A DNA stretch of 11,981 bases, from the IMG/VR virus record IMGVR_UViG_2606217102_000003, positions 1 through 11,981 of that record, one strand, 5' to 3'. The DNA comes from a virus. Taxonomy: Duplodnaviria > Heunggongvirae > Uroviricota > Caudoviricetes. The notes under the pieces are model-generated. The model was not told the DNA's origin and ran no database searches. It saw only the letters and a list, made by a program, of their open reading frames with translations. Shown here one piece after another: positions 1-6,398 of the stretch. Every line of letters starts with the position of its first letter. Within the stretch, counting starts at the first letter, position 1. A program made the position numbers and the translations under genes.

Positions 1-22
1 CATGATTGTGTCGAAATCCATA

Positions 23-259
23 TCACTCACCTGAGTTTCTTTCCAGCCAGCGACGGGCACCATTTTCGGTTTTAAACGTTTTGCTTTTGGTATACGTCAT
101 CGCGGTGAACGTACCGTCCTGGTTGGGGAACACGCCACATACCAGAGATTCGTTGTTGCCAAGATCGATAGTATCCATGCTGACCTCATTTCCCCTTAAC
201 GCCGGGGTAGCGGAACAAAAACCTGCTGCATAGTTATTAAAGTTGAACCCTGCCGTCAT
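23..259 (-). CDS. Hypothetical small protein (78 aa); first ORF downstream of the candidate leftward early promoter
   Basis: Complete minus-strand ORF in the track. A GAGG Shine-Dalgarno lies about 10 nt upstream of the ATG (reverse complement of 257-259). Sits directly downstream of the operator-bearing region at 360-404. No family recognised. Confidence 0.4.
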   Translation of the reverse strand: MTAGFNFNNYAAGFCSATPALRGNEVSMDTIDLGNNESLVCGVFPNQDGTFTAMTYTKSKTFKTENGARRWLERNSGE

Positions 260-359
260 GTTCTTACGCCTCGGGCTGGCTACTTAACCCCTGACCACTG
301 CCTGGTAACTCGAGGTATTGCCCTGTATTGTGTGGGACGGGATGGGTTGGTATGGGAAA

Positions 360-404
360 ACTATAGGAAATGCCTAATTACTTGTCAATAGGCTATGCCT
401 AATA
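360..404 (-). promoter_or_regulatory. Candidate leftward early promoter (P_L-like) overlapped by an operator copy
   Basis: On the minus strand: -35 TTGACA (rc of 382-387), 16-bp spacer, -10 TATAGT (rc of 360-365). The 21-bp element ttgtcaataggctatgcctaa (382-402) is the exact reverse complement of 1027-1047 on the other side of the repressor gene. Extra GCCTAAT half-site-like motifs at about 372-378 and 414-421. Confidence 0.45.
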
Positions 405-496
405 ATTTGGGCGCAACCTAATAGGTGATGGTTTGTGGAAGAGGTAGTAGGAGTTAACTAACGGGAACTAGGAATTTCCCGTCGGACCATATAAGT

Positions 497-973
497 TTAA
501 GTTCCTGTCTTGGTGATGTTCTGGCTTTTCCGTTTTGATTCTTGATTTTTCAGATAGTTAGCTACCTTCATTTCCATTGCGGCAATGTAGGCGCGAACGT
601 CATGATCAACCCAACTAGGCTCCGTAGCATTTCCAGATAAGATGAAAGCCACAATTGCTCTTTTTTCATCAGAGGCGGCTTGATAAAGGCTGTTTATGTC
701 TAAAAGTTCACTTTTTGTATCTGAAGTGGATGGGGTTGGTATGGGGTATTCGTTAAGCCCCCAATGCTCTGGACCAACCACATCAGAAAAGAAACGCCAT
801 AGTTCTGGAAGTTTGTCTTTACTTATCGAACCTTTCTTAATCCAGTCATGGATTGATGGTGGTTGGACTTTGAAATGACGTGCGATTTCCGCCTTTGATT
901 TGACGGCTCCTGATGCAATTTTTTTGTTAATGGCCTGCTCTATCGCTCGGCCTAAGTCTTTACCACTAAGCAT
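497..973 (-). CDS. racR: Prophage repressor, RacR-like (CI-type HTH DNA-binding protein, 158 aa)
   Basis: 158-aa ORF with an N-terminal HTH-like segment (SKAEIARHFKVQPPSIHDWIKKG). Divergent from ydaS/ydaT-like genes, the same arrangement as the Rac immunity region. GGAGA RBS upstream of the ATG. Symbol assigned by synteny and length, not by alignment. Confidence 0.75.
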   Translation of the reverse strand: MLSGKDLGRAIEQAINKKIASGAVKSKAEIARHFKVQPPSIHDWIKKGSISKDKLPELWRFFSDVVGPEHWGLNEYPIPTPSTSDTKSELLDINSLYQAASDEKRAIVAFILSGNATEPSWVDHDVRAYIAAMEMKVANYLKNQESKRKSQNITKTGT

Positions 974-1025
974 TGCTTAATAGTCTCCTATGCGCATCGC
1001 GTTAGGCAATCCCTACTCTCGATGT

Positions 1026-1070
1026 ATTAGGCATAGCCTATTGACAATTTCATTAGGCTAAGCCTAATAT
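1026..1070 (+). promoter_or_regulatory. Candidate rightward early promoter (P_R-like) with two palindromic operator sites
   Basis: -35 TTGACA (1042-1047), 17-bp spacer, -10 TAATAT (1065-1070). Near-palindrome ATTAGGCATAGCCTATT (1026-1042) overlaps the -35; perfect palindrome ATTAGGCTAAGCCTAAT (1052-1068) overlaps the spacer and -10. Confidence 0.55.
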
Positions 1071-1097
1071 TGTTGCGTGTTTTTTGGAGTTCATTCG

Positions 1098-1421
1098 ATG
1101 AAAAAAGATAACTATTCATTCAAACGAGCTTGTGCTGTTGTCGGTGGGCAATCAGCAATGGCTAGGCTTTTAGGTGTATCTCCTCCAAGCGTAAATCAAT
1201 GGATCAAAGGTGTACGTCAGTTACCTGCTGAGAGATGTCCTGCGATTGAACGAGCAACAAAAGGTGGTGTCCTGTGTGAAGAACTTCGTCCTGATGTTGA
1301 TTGGACATACTTACGACGCTCGTCATGTTATTCGCAGAATATGTCGATGAAGCAACCAAATGACGAAAACGATCATACCCGAAGCATCAAGAGGCAAATG
1401 ATTCATGAAAATCAAACATGA
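1098..1421 (+). CDS. ydaS: YdaS-like Cro-type HTH protein (107 aa)
   Basis: GGAG RBS at 1086-1089, 8 nt before ATG 1098. Protein begins MKKDNYSFKRACAVVGGQSAMARLLGVSPPSVNQWIKG, which matches my memory of YdaS-family proteins. Positioned as first rightward gene opposite the repressor. The track start at 1077 is probably too far upstream. Confidence 0.75.
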   Translation: MKKDNYSFKRACAVVGGQSAMARLLGVSPPSVNQWIKGVRQLPAERCPAIERATKGGVLCEELRPDVDWTYLRRSSCYSQNMSMKQPNDENDHTRSIKRQMIHENQT

Positions 1422-1830
1422 GCACATCCGCATGGCGATGAATGCCTGGGCATACCCTGATGGTGAGAAAGTTCCTGCAGCTGAAATAGCCCGGACTTAT
1501 TTCGAACTGGGGATGACGTTCCCTGAACTGTATGACGACAGCCATCCGGAAGCCCTGGCTCGCAATACCCAGAAAATTTTCCGCTGGGTAGAGAAAGACA
1601 CCCCTGATGCAGTTGAAAAAATTCAGGCGTTGTTACCAGCGATCGAAAAGGCAATGCCACCTTTGCTGGTGGCCAGAATGCGCAGCCACAGTTCAGCTTA
1701 TTTTCGGGAGCTGGTGGAGATGCGGGAGCGACTGGTGAGAGACGCTGATGATTTTGTCGCAGTGGCAATCGCCGGTTTCAATCAGATGAACCGTGGTGGC
1801 CCGGCAGGAAATGCTGTGGCAGTACATTGA
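1405..1830 (+). CDS. ydaT: YdaT-like protein (141 aa)
   Basis: Overlaps the ydaS-like stop by 17 nt (translational coupling). N-terminus MKIKHEHI and position match the YdaT family as I recall it. Confidence 0.65.
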   Translation: MKIKHEHIRMAMNAWAYPDGEKVPAAEIARTYFELGMTFPELYDDSHPEALARNTQKIFRWVEKDTPDAVEKIQALLPAIEKAMPPLLVARMRSHSSAYFRELVEMRERLVRDADDFVAVAIAGFNQMNRGGPAGNAVAVH

Positions 1831-1895
1831 CTGACAATAGCCATATCGAATCGCTTCCGGCAACTCGTGAGTAAAAAGATTCGGTATCAGAAGAG

Positions 1896-2972
1896 GTGAG
1901 TATGGCTAACGCCTGGCTCAGATTATGGCATGACATGCCAAATGACCCTAAGTGGCGAACAATTGCCAGGGTGTCAGGGCAGCCAATTGCAACAGTGATG
2001 GCAGTGTATATCCACCTCCTGGTGAGCGCGTCACGAAATGTCACGCGAGGTCACATTGATGTCACGACAGAAGATTTGGCAAGTGCGCTCGACGTGACAG
2101 AAGAGGTAATTGATTCAATTTTGCAGACGATGCAGGGGCGGGTACTTGATGGTGATTTAATCACTGGATGGGAAAAACGCCAGGTGCTGAAAGAGGACAA
2201 CGGCAATATTTCGCAAACCGCAAAATCTCCGGCAGAGCGCAAGAGGGCGCAGCGAGAGAGGGAAAGAAAGCGGGAACAAAATGGCGATTGTCACGGCGAG
2301 TCACGAAATGTCACGCACATGTCACGACGAGTCACGACAGATAAAGATACAGATAAAGATACAGATCAAGAAGATCAAAACACTATGGTCCATGGCGTAA
2401 AAAACGCCACGAACCAGGCAGGGGATGTTCAGACCGTCACTCCTGGCCAGCCCGCAGGCACGACACCGGAAGCCGATTCAGCGTATGCGCTGAAAGCCGA
2501 TTCGGGCGCTGTGCAGCAGGTGATGACCGCAAGGCAGGAGCAATCACACCAACTTCAGCAGCCTGAAGCCGATTCCGCCATTCAGCGGGAAGCCGATCGG
2601 GTAGTCCCGGAAAACACCGGGCAGCCTGTGGGACGAGTGGATTATCCTGATGTGTTCGAACAGGTCTGGCGGGAATACCCGTTGCGTGCTGGGGCAAACC
2701 CGAAGAAATCCGCTTTCAGTGCCTGGAAGGCCAGATTACGCGAGGGGGTGTCACCAGAGGCCATGCTGGATGGCGTGAGGCGTTACGCAAGATACCTTGC
2801 GGCTACCGGGAAAACGGGAACGGAATTTGTTCAGCGAGCGACGACGTTTTTTGGACCGGACCGGAATTTTGAAAACCCCTGGCTGCTCCCGGTAAGCGGC
2901 ACGAACAACCAGCGTTGTGTGAATCATATTTCTGAACCGGATACCGAAATTCCACCGGGCTTCAGGGGGTAA
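1896..2972 (+). CDS. Phage replication initiation protein (replisome-organizer-like N-terminus, conserved phage C-terminal domain) with embedded origin repeats
   Basis: GAGGTGA RBS before ATG 1896. N-terminus WLRLWHDMPNDPKWRTIARV...VYIHLL fits the replisome-organizer N-terminal pattern (W-I/L-K/R-L...D-M-F-D-D-E-K). C-terminus FEQVWREYPLRAGANPKKSAFSAWKARL...TFFGPDRNFENPW fits a conserved phage replication C-terminal domain. Iterons lie inside the coding sequence. Confidence 0.7.
   Translation: MSMANAWLRLWHDMPNDPKWRTIARVSGQPIATVMAVYIHLLVSASRNVTRGHIDVTTEDLASALDVTEEVIDSILQTMQGRVLDGDLITGWEKRQVLKEDNGNISQTAKSPAERKRAQRERERKREQNGDCHGESRNVTHMSRRVTTDKDTDKDTDQEDQNTMVHGVKNATNQAGDVQTVTPGQPAGTTPEADSAYALKADSGAVQQVMTARQEQSHQLQQPEADSAIQREADRVVPENTGQPVGRVDYPDVFEQVWREYPLRAGANPKKSAFSAWKARLREGVSPEAMLDGVRRYARYLAATGKTGTEFVQRATTFFGPDRNFENPWLLPVSGTNNQRCVNHISEPDTEIPPGFRG
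2030..2070 (+). repeat. Iteron cluster A: four direct GTCAC(G) repeats at 10-11 bp spacing
   Basis: gtcacgaaat / gtcacgcgag / gtcacattgat / gtcacgacag, read directly from the sequence. An inverted copy gacgtgac lies at 2091-2098. Confidence 0.7.
2290..2340 (+). repeat. Iteron cluster B: five direct TCACG repeats at 10-11 bp spacing
   Basis: TCACG at 2291, 2301, 2311, 2322, 2332 (tgtcacggcgag tcacgaaatg tcacgcacatg tcacgacgag tcacgacag). Immediately followed by an AT-rich repeat. Confidence 0.75.
2339..2385 (+). repeat. AT-rich tandem repeat (agataaagatac x2, then agatcaagaagatcaaaa); candidate DNA-unwinding element
   Basis: Two perfect 12-bp tandem copies followed by related A-rich sequence. 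Encodes the acidic linker DKDTDKDTDQEDQN. Confidence 0.6.
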
Positions 2973-3012
2973 GTGTTGATTTCTGGTCATGAGGTAATTT
3001 TCAGGAGGACTT

Positions 3013-3435
3013 GTGGCAAAAGTTTTTACACAAGAAGAGCGAGAAAAAATTAAAGGGCAGGTTGTTGAACTCGTACGCCAGAGTGGGCGTGAGACGTTAC
3101 GGCAACTGGAAGTCAAGACAGGTGCGACAAGATATCTGATGAGCGTTCTCGCAAGAGAGCTGGTTGCCAGCGGCGATGTATACAACTCTGGTTACGGGTT
3201 ATTCCCGTCTGAACAGGCGCGTAAGGACTGGCAAAATGCCCGTAAAAAGCTCTCAAGGGCAAAGCTGAAGAAACCATCTGCGGTTGATCCGGACCTTATC
3301 TGGTCATTACCTGACGGAGAAATACGTCGCTACGACAGGCGTCAGAACATAATCTGTCGCGAGTGCCGGAAGAGTGAGGTTATGCAGCGTGTGCTGGCAT
3401 TTTATCAGGGTAATTTTCAGGAGGTGATGGCGTGA
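3013..3435 (+). CDS. Hypothetical phage protein (140 aa), possible winged-helix N-terminus
   Basis: AGGAGG RBS at 3002-3007, 5 nt before GTG 3013. No confident family assignment. Confidence 0.5.
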   Translation: MAKVFTQEEREKIKGQVVELVRQSGRETLRQLEVKTGATRYLMSVLARELVASGDVYNSGYGLFPSEQARKDWQNARKKLSRAKLKKPSAVDPDLIWSLPDGEIRRYDRRQNIICRECRKSEVMQRVLAFYQGNFQEVMA

Positions 3436-3728
3436 GGGTGAGGGTTTATATCGCCGGTCCAATGACGGGGTATGAAAATTTCAACCGTGAGGCGTTTCAC
3501 AAGGCAGAAGAGGAACTGAAACGGGAAGGGCATACCGTCTTAAACCCGGCAGTACTTCCGGACGGGCTGACACAGCCGCACTACATGGATATTTGCATGG
3601 CAATGATTCGTTGTGTGGATGCGATTTACATGCTGAAAGGCTGGCAGCGGTCAGCGGGCGCTAAGGCAGAGCTGGCACTGGCGGAGAAACTGGGGCATGC
3701 GGTGATTTATCAGGAGGTGGCTCAATGA
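3432..3728 (+). CDS. DUF4406-like protein (nucleoside 2-deoxyribosyltransferase-like fold), 98 aa
   Basis: N-terminal motif VYIAGPMTGYENFNREAF is characteristic of the DUF4406 family as I recall it. GTG start overlaps the upstream stop (GTGA). Confidence 0.6.
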   Translation: MRVRVYIAGPMTGYENFNREAFHKAEEELKREGHTVLNPAVLPDGLTQPHYMDICMAMIRCVDAIYMLKGWQRSAGAKAELALAEKLGHAVIYQEVAQ

Positions 3729-4186
3729 GAGAGGTTAACTATGAGGCGCTTCGTGAGGCAGCACAAAACTATCAGTCGACGCTGGCGTGGTATCAGGCTA
3801 TCCCGGACAGCCCAAATGCTGAACGGGATTGTGATGCGGCTCTTGCTGCGTTTAAGCGTCATATCCGTCATCGGGAAGCGGATATTATCGCTGATTTGCT
3901 GGATGGACTGGAAGAAGCAAAATCACAACTCAACGAGCAGCGTGAGTATTACGAAGGCGTTATCTCTGATGGGAGCAAGCGTATTGCTGAACTGGAAGCG
4001 CGGGAAGTTCAATTACCGACTCGCTACGACCTTCGATATGGACACCCGATAAATGCAGATGAGCGACATGTCATGATACCTAAAGAAAATGGCAGTTGGC
4101 TTTACCTGATTGACCTAGAACACGCATTACGCGTCGCTGGCATTCGCATCAAAGGAGAGGAGCATGGAAATAAAACCAGAGGATGA
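3725..4186 (+). CDS. Ead/Ea22-like phage protein (153 aa)
   Basis: N-terminus MREVNYEALREAAQNYQ resembles Ea22-like proteins of lambdoid phages. ATG overlaps the upstream stop (ATGA). Confidence 0.55.
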   Translation: MREVNYEALREAAQNYQSTLAWYQAIPDSPNAERDCDAALAAFKRHIRHREADIIADLLDGLEEAKSQLNEQREYYEGVISDGSKRIAELEAREVQLPTRYDLRYGHPINADERHVMIPKENGSWLYLIDLEHALRVAGIRIKGEEHGNKTRG

Positions 4187-4520
4187 GTTAAGCAATATCG
4201 TTTTATTTCCGGTAAAAGAGGATGACCCTCGTAATCAGGTTAATTTTCTTTATGAGCCATCGGAAAGACCATATTGTCATCACGCCTCTGTCCGGGTTGA
4301 CGAAAAAGAGCGTCAGGTCCGCTGTAAAATCTGCGGTGCAGTTGTGGAGCCATTTGACTGGATGCTCTCTGTGGCGAAAAGAGAAACCAGACTGGCAGAT
4401 GATGTAAGGCTCTTGCGTCAGGAGGAGCGGGAAAGGCGAAAAAATATAGAAAAGCTAATTCAGATTGAGCGTAACGCGAAAGCGCGGATACGCAGGGCGA
4501 CAAAATCCAGAACTGAATAA
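4164..4520 (+). CDS. Hypothetical phage protein with putative zinc-ribbon (CHH...CKICG), 118 aa
   Basis: ORF overlaps the upstream gene by 23 nt. Cys/His cluster and basic C-terminal tail. No family recognised. Confidence 0.5.
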   Translation: MEIKPEDELSNIVLFPVKEDDPRNQVNFLYEPSERPYCHHASVRVDEKERQVRCKICGAVVEPFDWMLSVAKRETRLADDVRLLRQEERERRKNIEKLIQIERNAKARIRRATKSRTE

Positions 4521-4608
4521 TTAAATTTAGCTCTGTTAAAAATTTAATCCTTAACCGGAGGGATTTCTGCACCCTCAGAACATCAGGAGGCCGCCTGAAA
4601 GGGCGGTA

Positions 4609-5217
4609 ATGAAAATGACTGAATTAACAAAAGAACAATTAATCGAAGAAGCCAAATTAAAAATAGCGATTACGAAATGCCACCCCAATTCAGGGATGGC
4701 GCGAGTAGAGGGCGAGTTATTCAAAATTGTATTGGCATCGCTGGAAGCAGAGCCAGTGGCATATCAGTATCGCCAGTGGGATGCAGAATATGATGAATGG
4801 GGAGAATGGGAAGATTGCGGGGAATATGCTTTCGAAAGATTTGTTGAGGAAGAGAAATGCCAGGGGGCAGGTGTTCAGACCCGTAAGCTATACGCCACGC
4901 CGCCAATGCTGGTGGTGCCGGATGAACGGGCTGCCTATGAGTTATTTATGGAGAAGCATTTCGGGGATTCTGTAGATCGCCGCAGGGTAAAAAATGGCGG
5001 TAGTGAATACATGGCATGGGATATGGCGATTGGCTGGATTATCTGGTGTCACCGCGCCGCTATGTTTCAGGCCGGAAACTTTCGGAAAAATAAGAATTCG
5101 TCAACCAGCTCCCCGGCAACTCCGGATGATTGGATAAGCTGTAGTGAGCGAATGCCGGATAGCAAAACAGCTGTTCTTGTTGCCAGGGAGTTTGACGGGA
5201 AAGGTGACTGCGAATGA
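4609..5217 (+). CDS. DUF551-like protein, N-terminal part; reading frame appears disrupted at the 3' end
   Basis: C-terminal segment WISCSERMPDSKTAVLV looks like the start of a DUF551 domain. The domain's characteristic ending (HWMPLPEPP) is encoded in a different frame immediately downstream (5214-5336). Confidence 0.55.
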   Translation: MKMTELTKEQLIEEAKLKIAITKCHPNSGMARVEGELFKIVLASLEAEPVAYQYRQWDAEYDEWGEWEDCGEYAFERFVEEEKCQGAGVQTRKLYATPPMLVVPDERAAYELFMEKHFGDSVDRRRVKNGGSEYMAWDMAIGWIIWCHRAAMFQAGNFRKNKNSSTSSPATPDDWISCSERMPDSKTAVLVAREFDGKGDCE

Positions 5218-5336
5218 AGTGGGCGACTTACATACCGGGACATCCTGATGCTAATGATGGTTGGATAATTCCTGGTGCGTCGTGGATTCCATCACACTGG
5301 ATGCCGCTACCAGAACCGCCGCAGGAGGCGAAATGA
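5214..5336 (+). CDS. DUF551 C-terminal fragment (40 aa) in an alternative frame; likely the detached 3' part of the upstream gene
   Basis: Translates to MKWATYIPGHPDANDGWIIPGASWIPSHWMPLPEPPQEAK. This frame has a stop at 5205-5207, so the junction lies within 5208-5217. Confidence 0.4.
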   Translation: MKWATYIPGHPDANDGWIIPGASWIPSHWMPLPEPPQEAK

Positions 5337-5596
5337 TGGATGTAGAAGAGAAGGTTTTGCAGGTGATGCGTTCCCGTGCTGCCCTACAAGAGAAAGCTCT
5401 CGGTGGTGAATATCCATTCACGATAGCAACCTGGAATCTGCGGTTGGCAATGGAGAAGGAATTTCCTGATGAAGAATGGCGTTCGGCAGATTTGCGCAAA
5501 ATTCTTATAGAGATGGCTAAAGACGGAAAAGTATCCAAAGATACCCATGCCAGCCGGATTGGTCAGGCGGTATGGAGACTGGAGGCGAGGCAATGA
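5333..5596 (+). CDS. Hypothetical small protein (87 aa)
   Basis: ATG 5333 overlaps the stop of the DUF551 fragment (ATGA). The track ORF 5261-5596 shares this frame; the internal ATG is the more plausible start. Confidence 0.45.
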   Translation: MMDVEEKVLQVMRSRAALQEKALGGEYPFTIATWNLRLAMEKEFPDEEWRSADLRKILIEMAKDGKVSKDTHASRIGQAVWRLEARQ

Positions 5597-5676
5597 GCTG
5601 GCCTGAAGCATTCACAACGGTAGGAACTGCAATGGCGGTTGCGCTGGTGGTGTATTCGATTTGCCGCTGGGGATAA
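5593..5676 (+). CDS. Possible 27-aa hydrophobic peptide (MSWPEAFTTVGTAMAVALVVYSICRWG)
   Basis: ATG overlaps the upstream stop (ATGA). One predicted transmembrane helix. Too short for the ORF track; hand-translated. Confidence 0.25.
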   Translation: MSWPEAFTTVGTAMAVALVVYSICRWG

Positions 5677-5685
5677 ATCGCCGAA

Positions 5686-5725
5686 AAAAGATCCCGACAC
5701 AAACATGAGCTGGGATCTTTGATTT
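5686..5725. terminator. Hairpin terminator, probably bidirectional, between the rightward accessory operon and the antisense parDE pair
   Basis: aaagatccc (16-nt loop) gggatcttt; 9-bp stem flanked by an A-run on the plus side (T6 on the minus strand) and a T-rich tail. A second hairpin tccgcc...ggcgga at about 5741-5764 is followed by tttatt. Confidence 0.5.
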
Positions 5726-5800
5726 ATATAGCCTACGAATCCGCCAGTAAGAGAGGGGGCGGACGGTTTATTCTAACACCGGAATGATGTGGGTAAAAGT

Positions 5801-6100
5801 TTATAAGAAATCGGTTTCATAACTTTGCCCACCATGATAGATACCGACAATAAAGACTTTTCTGCCATCAACGGCAAAAGCAATAATCGTTCTGTGGCGG
5901 AAATGAGTTACCCGCATCCCCTGGCGAATATCATCGCGTTTATTGCCCCGATGCGGGAATGTAGAAAACCCATCAAGATAATCAAGAAGCGCATTGGCAT
6001 AATTGTCAGCAATGACGCTTCCTGCTTTCTCCGTTATGTATCTGTGCAGGTTGATTATCTGCTGTTCGGCCTCAGGAGTAATGATGACTTCATATGTCAT
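5801..6100 (-). CDS. parE: ParE/RelE-superfamily toxin (99 aa)
   Basis: MTYEVIITPEAEQQI...IIAFAVDGRKVFIVGIYHGGQSYETDF fits ParE-family toxins. Start placed at the internal ATG (rc of 6098-6100), 5 nt downstream of the antitoxin stop. The track ORF extends further upstream and would overlap the antitoxin. Confidence 0.75.
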   Translation of the reverse strand: MTYEVIITPEAEQQIINLHRYITEKAGSVIADNYANALLDYLDGFSTFPHRGNKRDDIRQGMRVTHFRHRTIIAFAVDGRKVFIVGIYHGGQSYETDFL

Positions 6101-6105
6101 GCAGA

Positions 6106-6363
6106 TTACTTCCCGGATCGAATCGCAGCGCGAACCTGTGAAATGGAGCGTCCGTTGTTCGGGTTTTTGCGGATTGAATCCAGGGAGGGGGCGGCTGAAT
6201 GCGTTAACCACGCTTCGATTGCTTTATCGCGCTCATTCAGTGCGCGAAGCCCTTCACGAATGACCTCGCTTTCTGAAGCATAGGCACCGGAAGCCACACG
6301 GGCGCGCACCATGTCAGCCATCTCGTTAGTTAATGTAATGCTGAATTGTTGGGTTGTACGCAT
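6106..6363 (-). CDS. parD: ParD-family (ribbon-helix-helix) antitoxin (85 aa)
   Basis: FSITLTNEMADMVRARVASGAYASESEVIREGLRALNERDKAIEAW matches the ParD/COG3609 pattern. GAGG RBS upstream of ATG (rc of 6361-6363). Antitoxin-then-toxin order. Confidence 0.7.
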   Translation of the reverse strand: MRTTQQFSITLTNEMADMVRARVASGAYASESEVIREGLRALNERDKAIEAWLTHSAAPSLDSIRKNPNNGRSISQVRAAIRSGK

Positions 6364-6398
6364 GGTAAACCTCAAGGAGTAGGATAGAACACTATTCG

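Noticed and set aside
6-259. Plus-strand ORF 6-233 overlapping the minus-strand 78-aa ORF
   Set aside because: The minus-strand ORF has an RBS and a position consistent with the leftward promoter; the plus-strand ORF has neither.
260-360. nutL-like boxA/boxB antitermination site in the leftward leader
   Set aside because: No convincing boxA (CGCTCTTA-like) or boxB hairpin was found on the minus strand, and no N-like Arg-rich protein is evident.
2027-2385. CRISPR array as an explanation for the periodic repeats
   Set aside because: Repeats are 5-6 bp cores at 10-11 bp spacing inside a coding sequence, with no 28-37 bp repeat and spacer structure and no cas genes. Iterons fit far better.
2437-3185. 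Minus-strand ORFs (2437-2697, 2751-3185) antisense to the replication initiator gene
   Set aside because: They lie wholly inside or antisense to a well-supported coding region with a recognisable family signature, have no RBS, and look like GC-rich antisense artefacts.
3741-4052. Plus-strand 103-aa ORF in an alternative frame inside the Ea22-like gene
   Set aside because: Fully overlapped by a gene with a recognisable N-terminal motif and coupling to its neighbours; no independent start signal.
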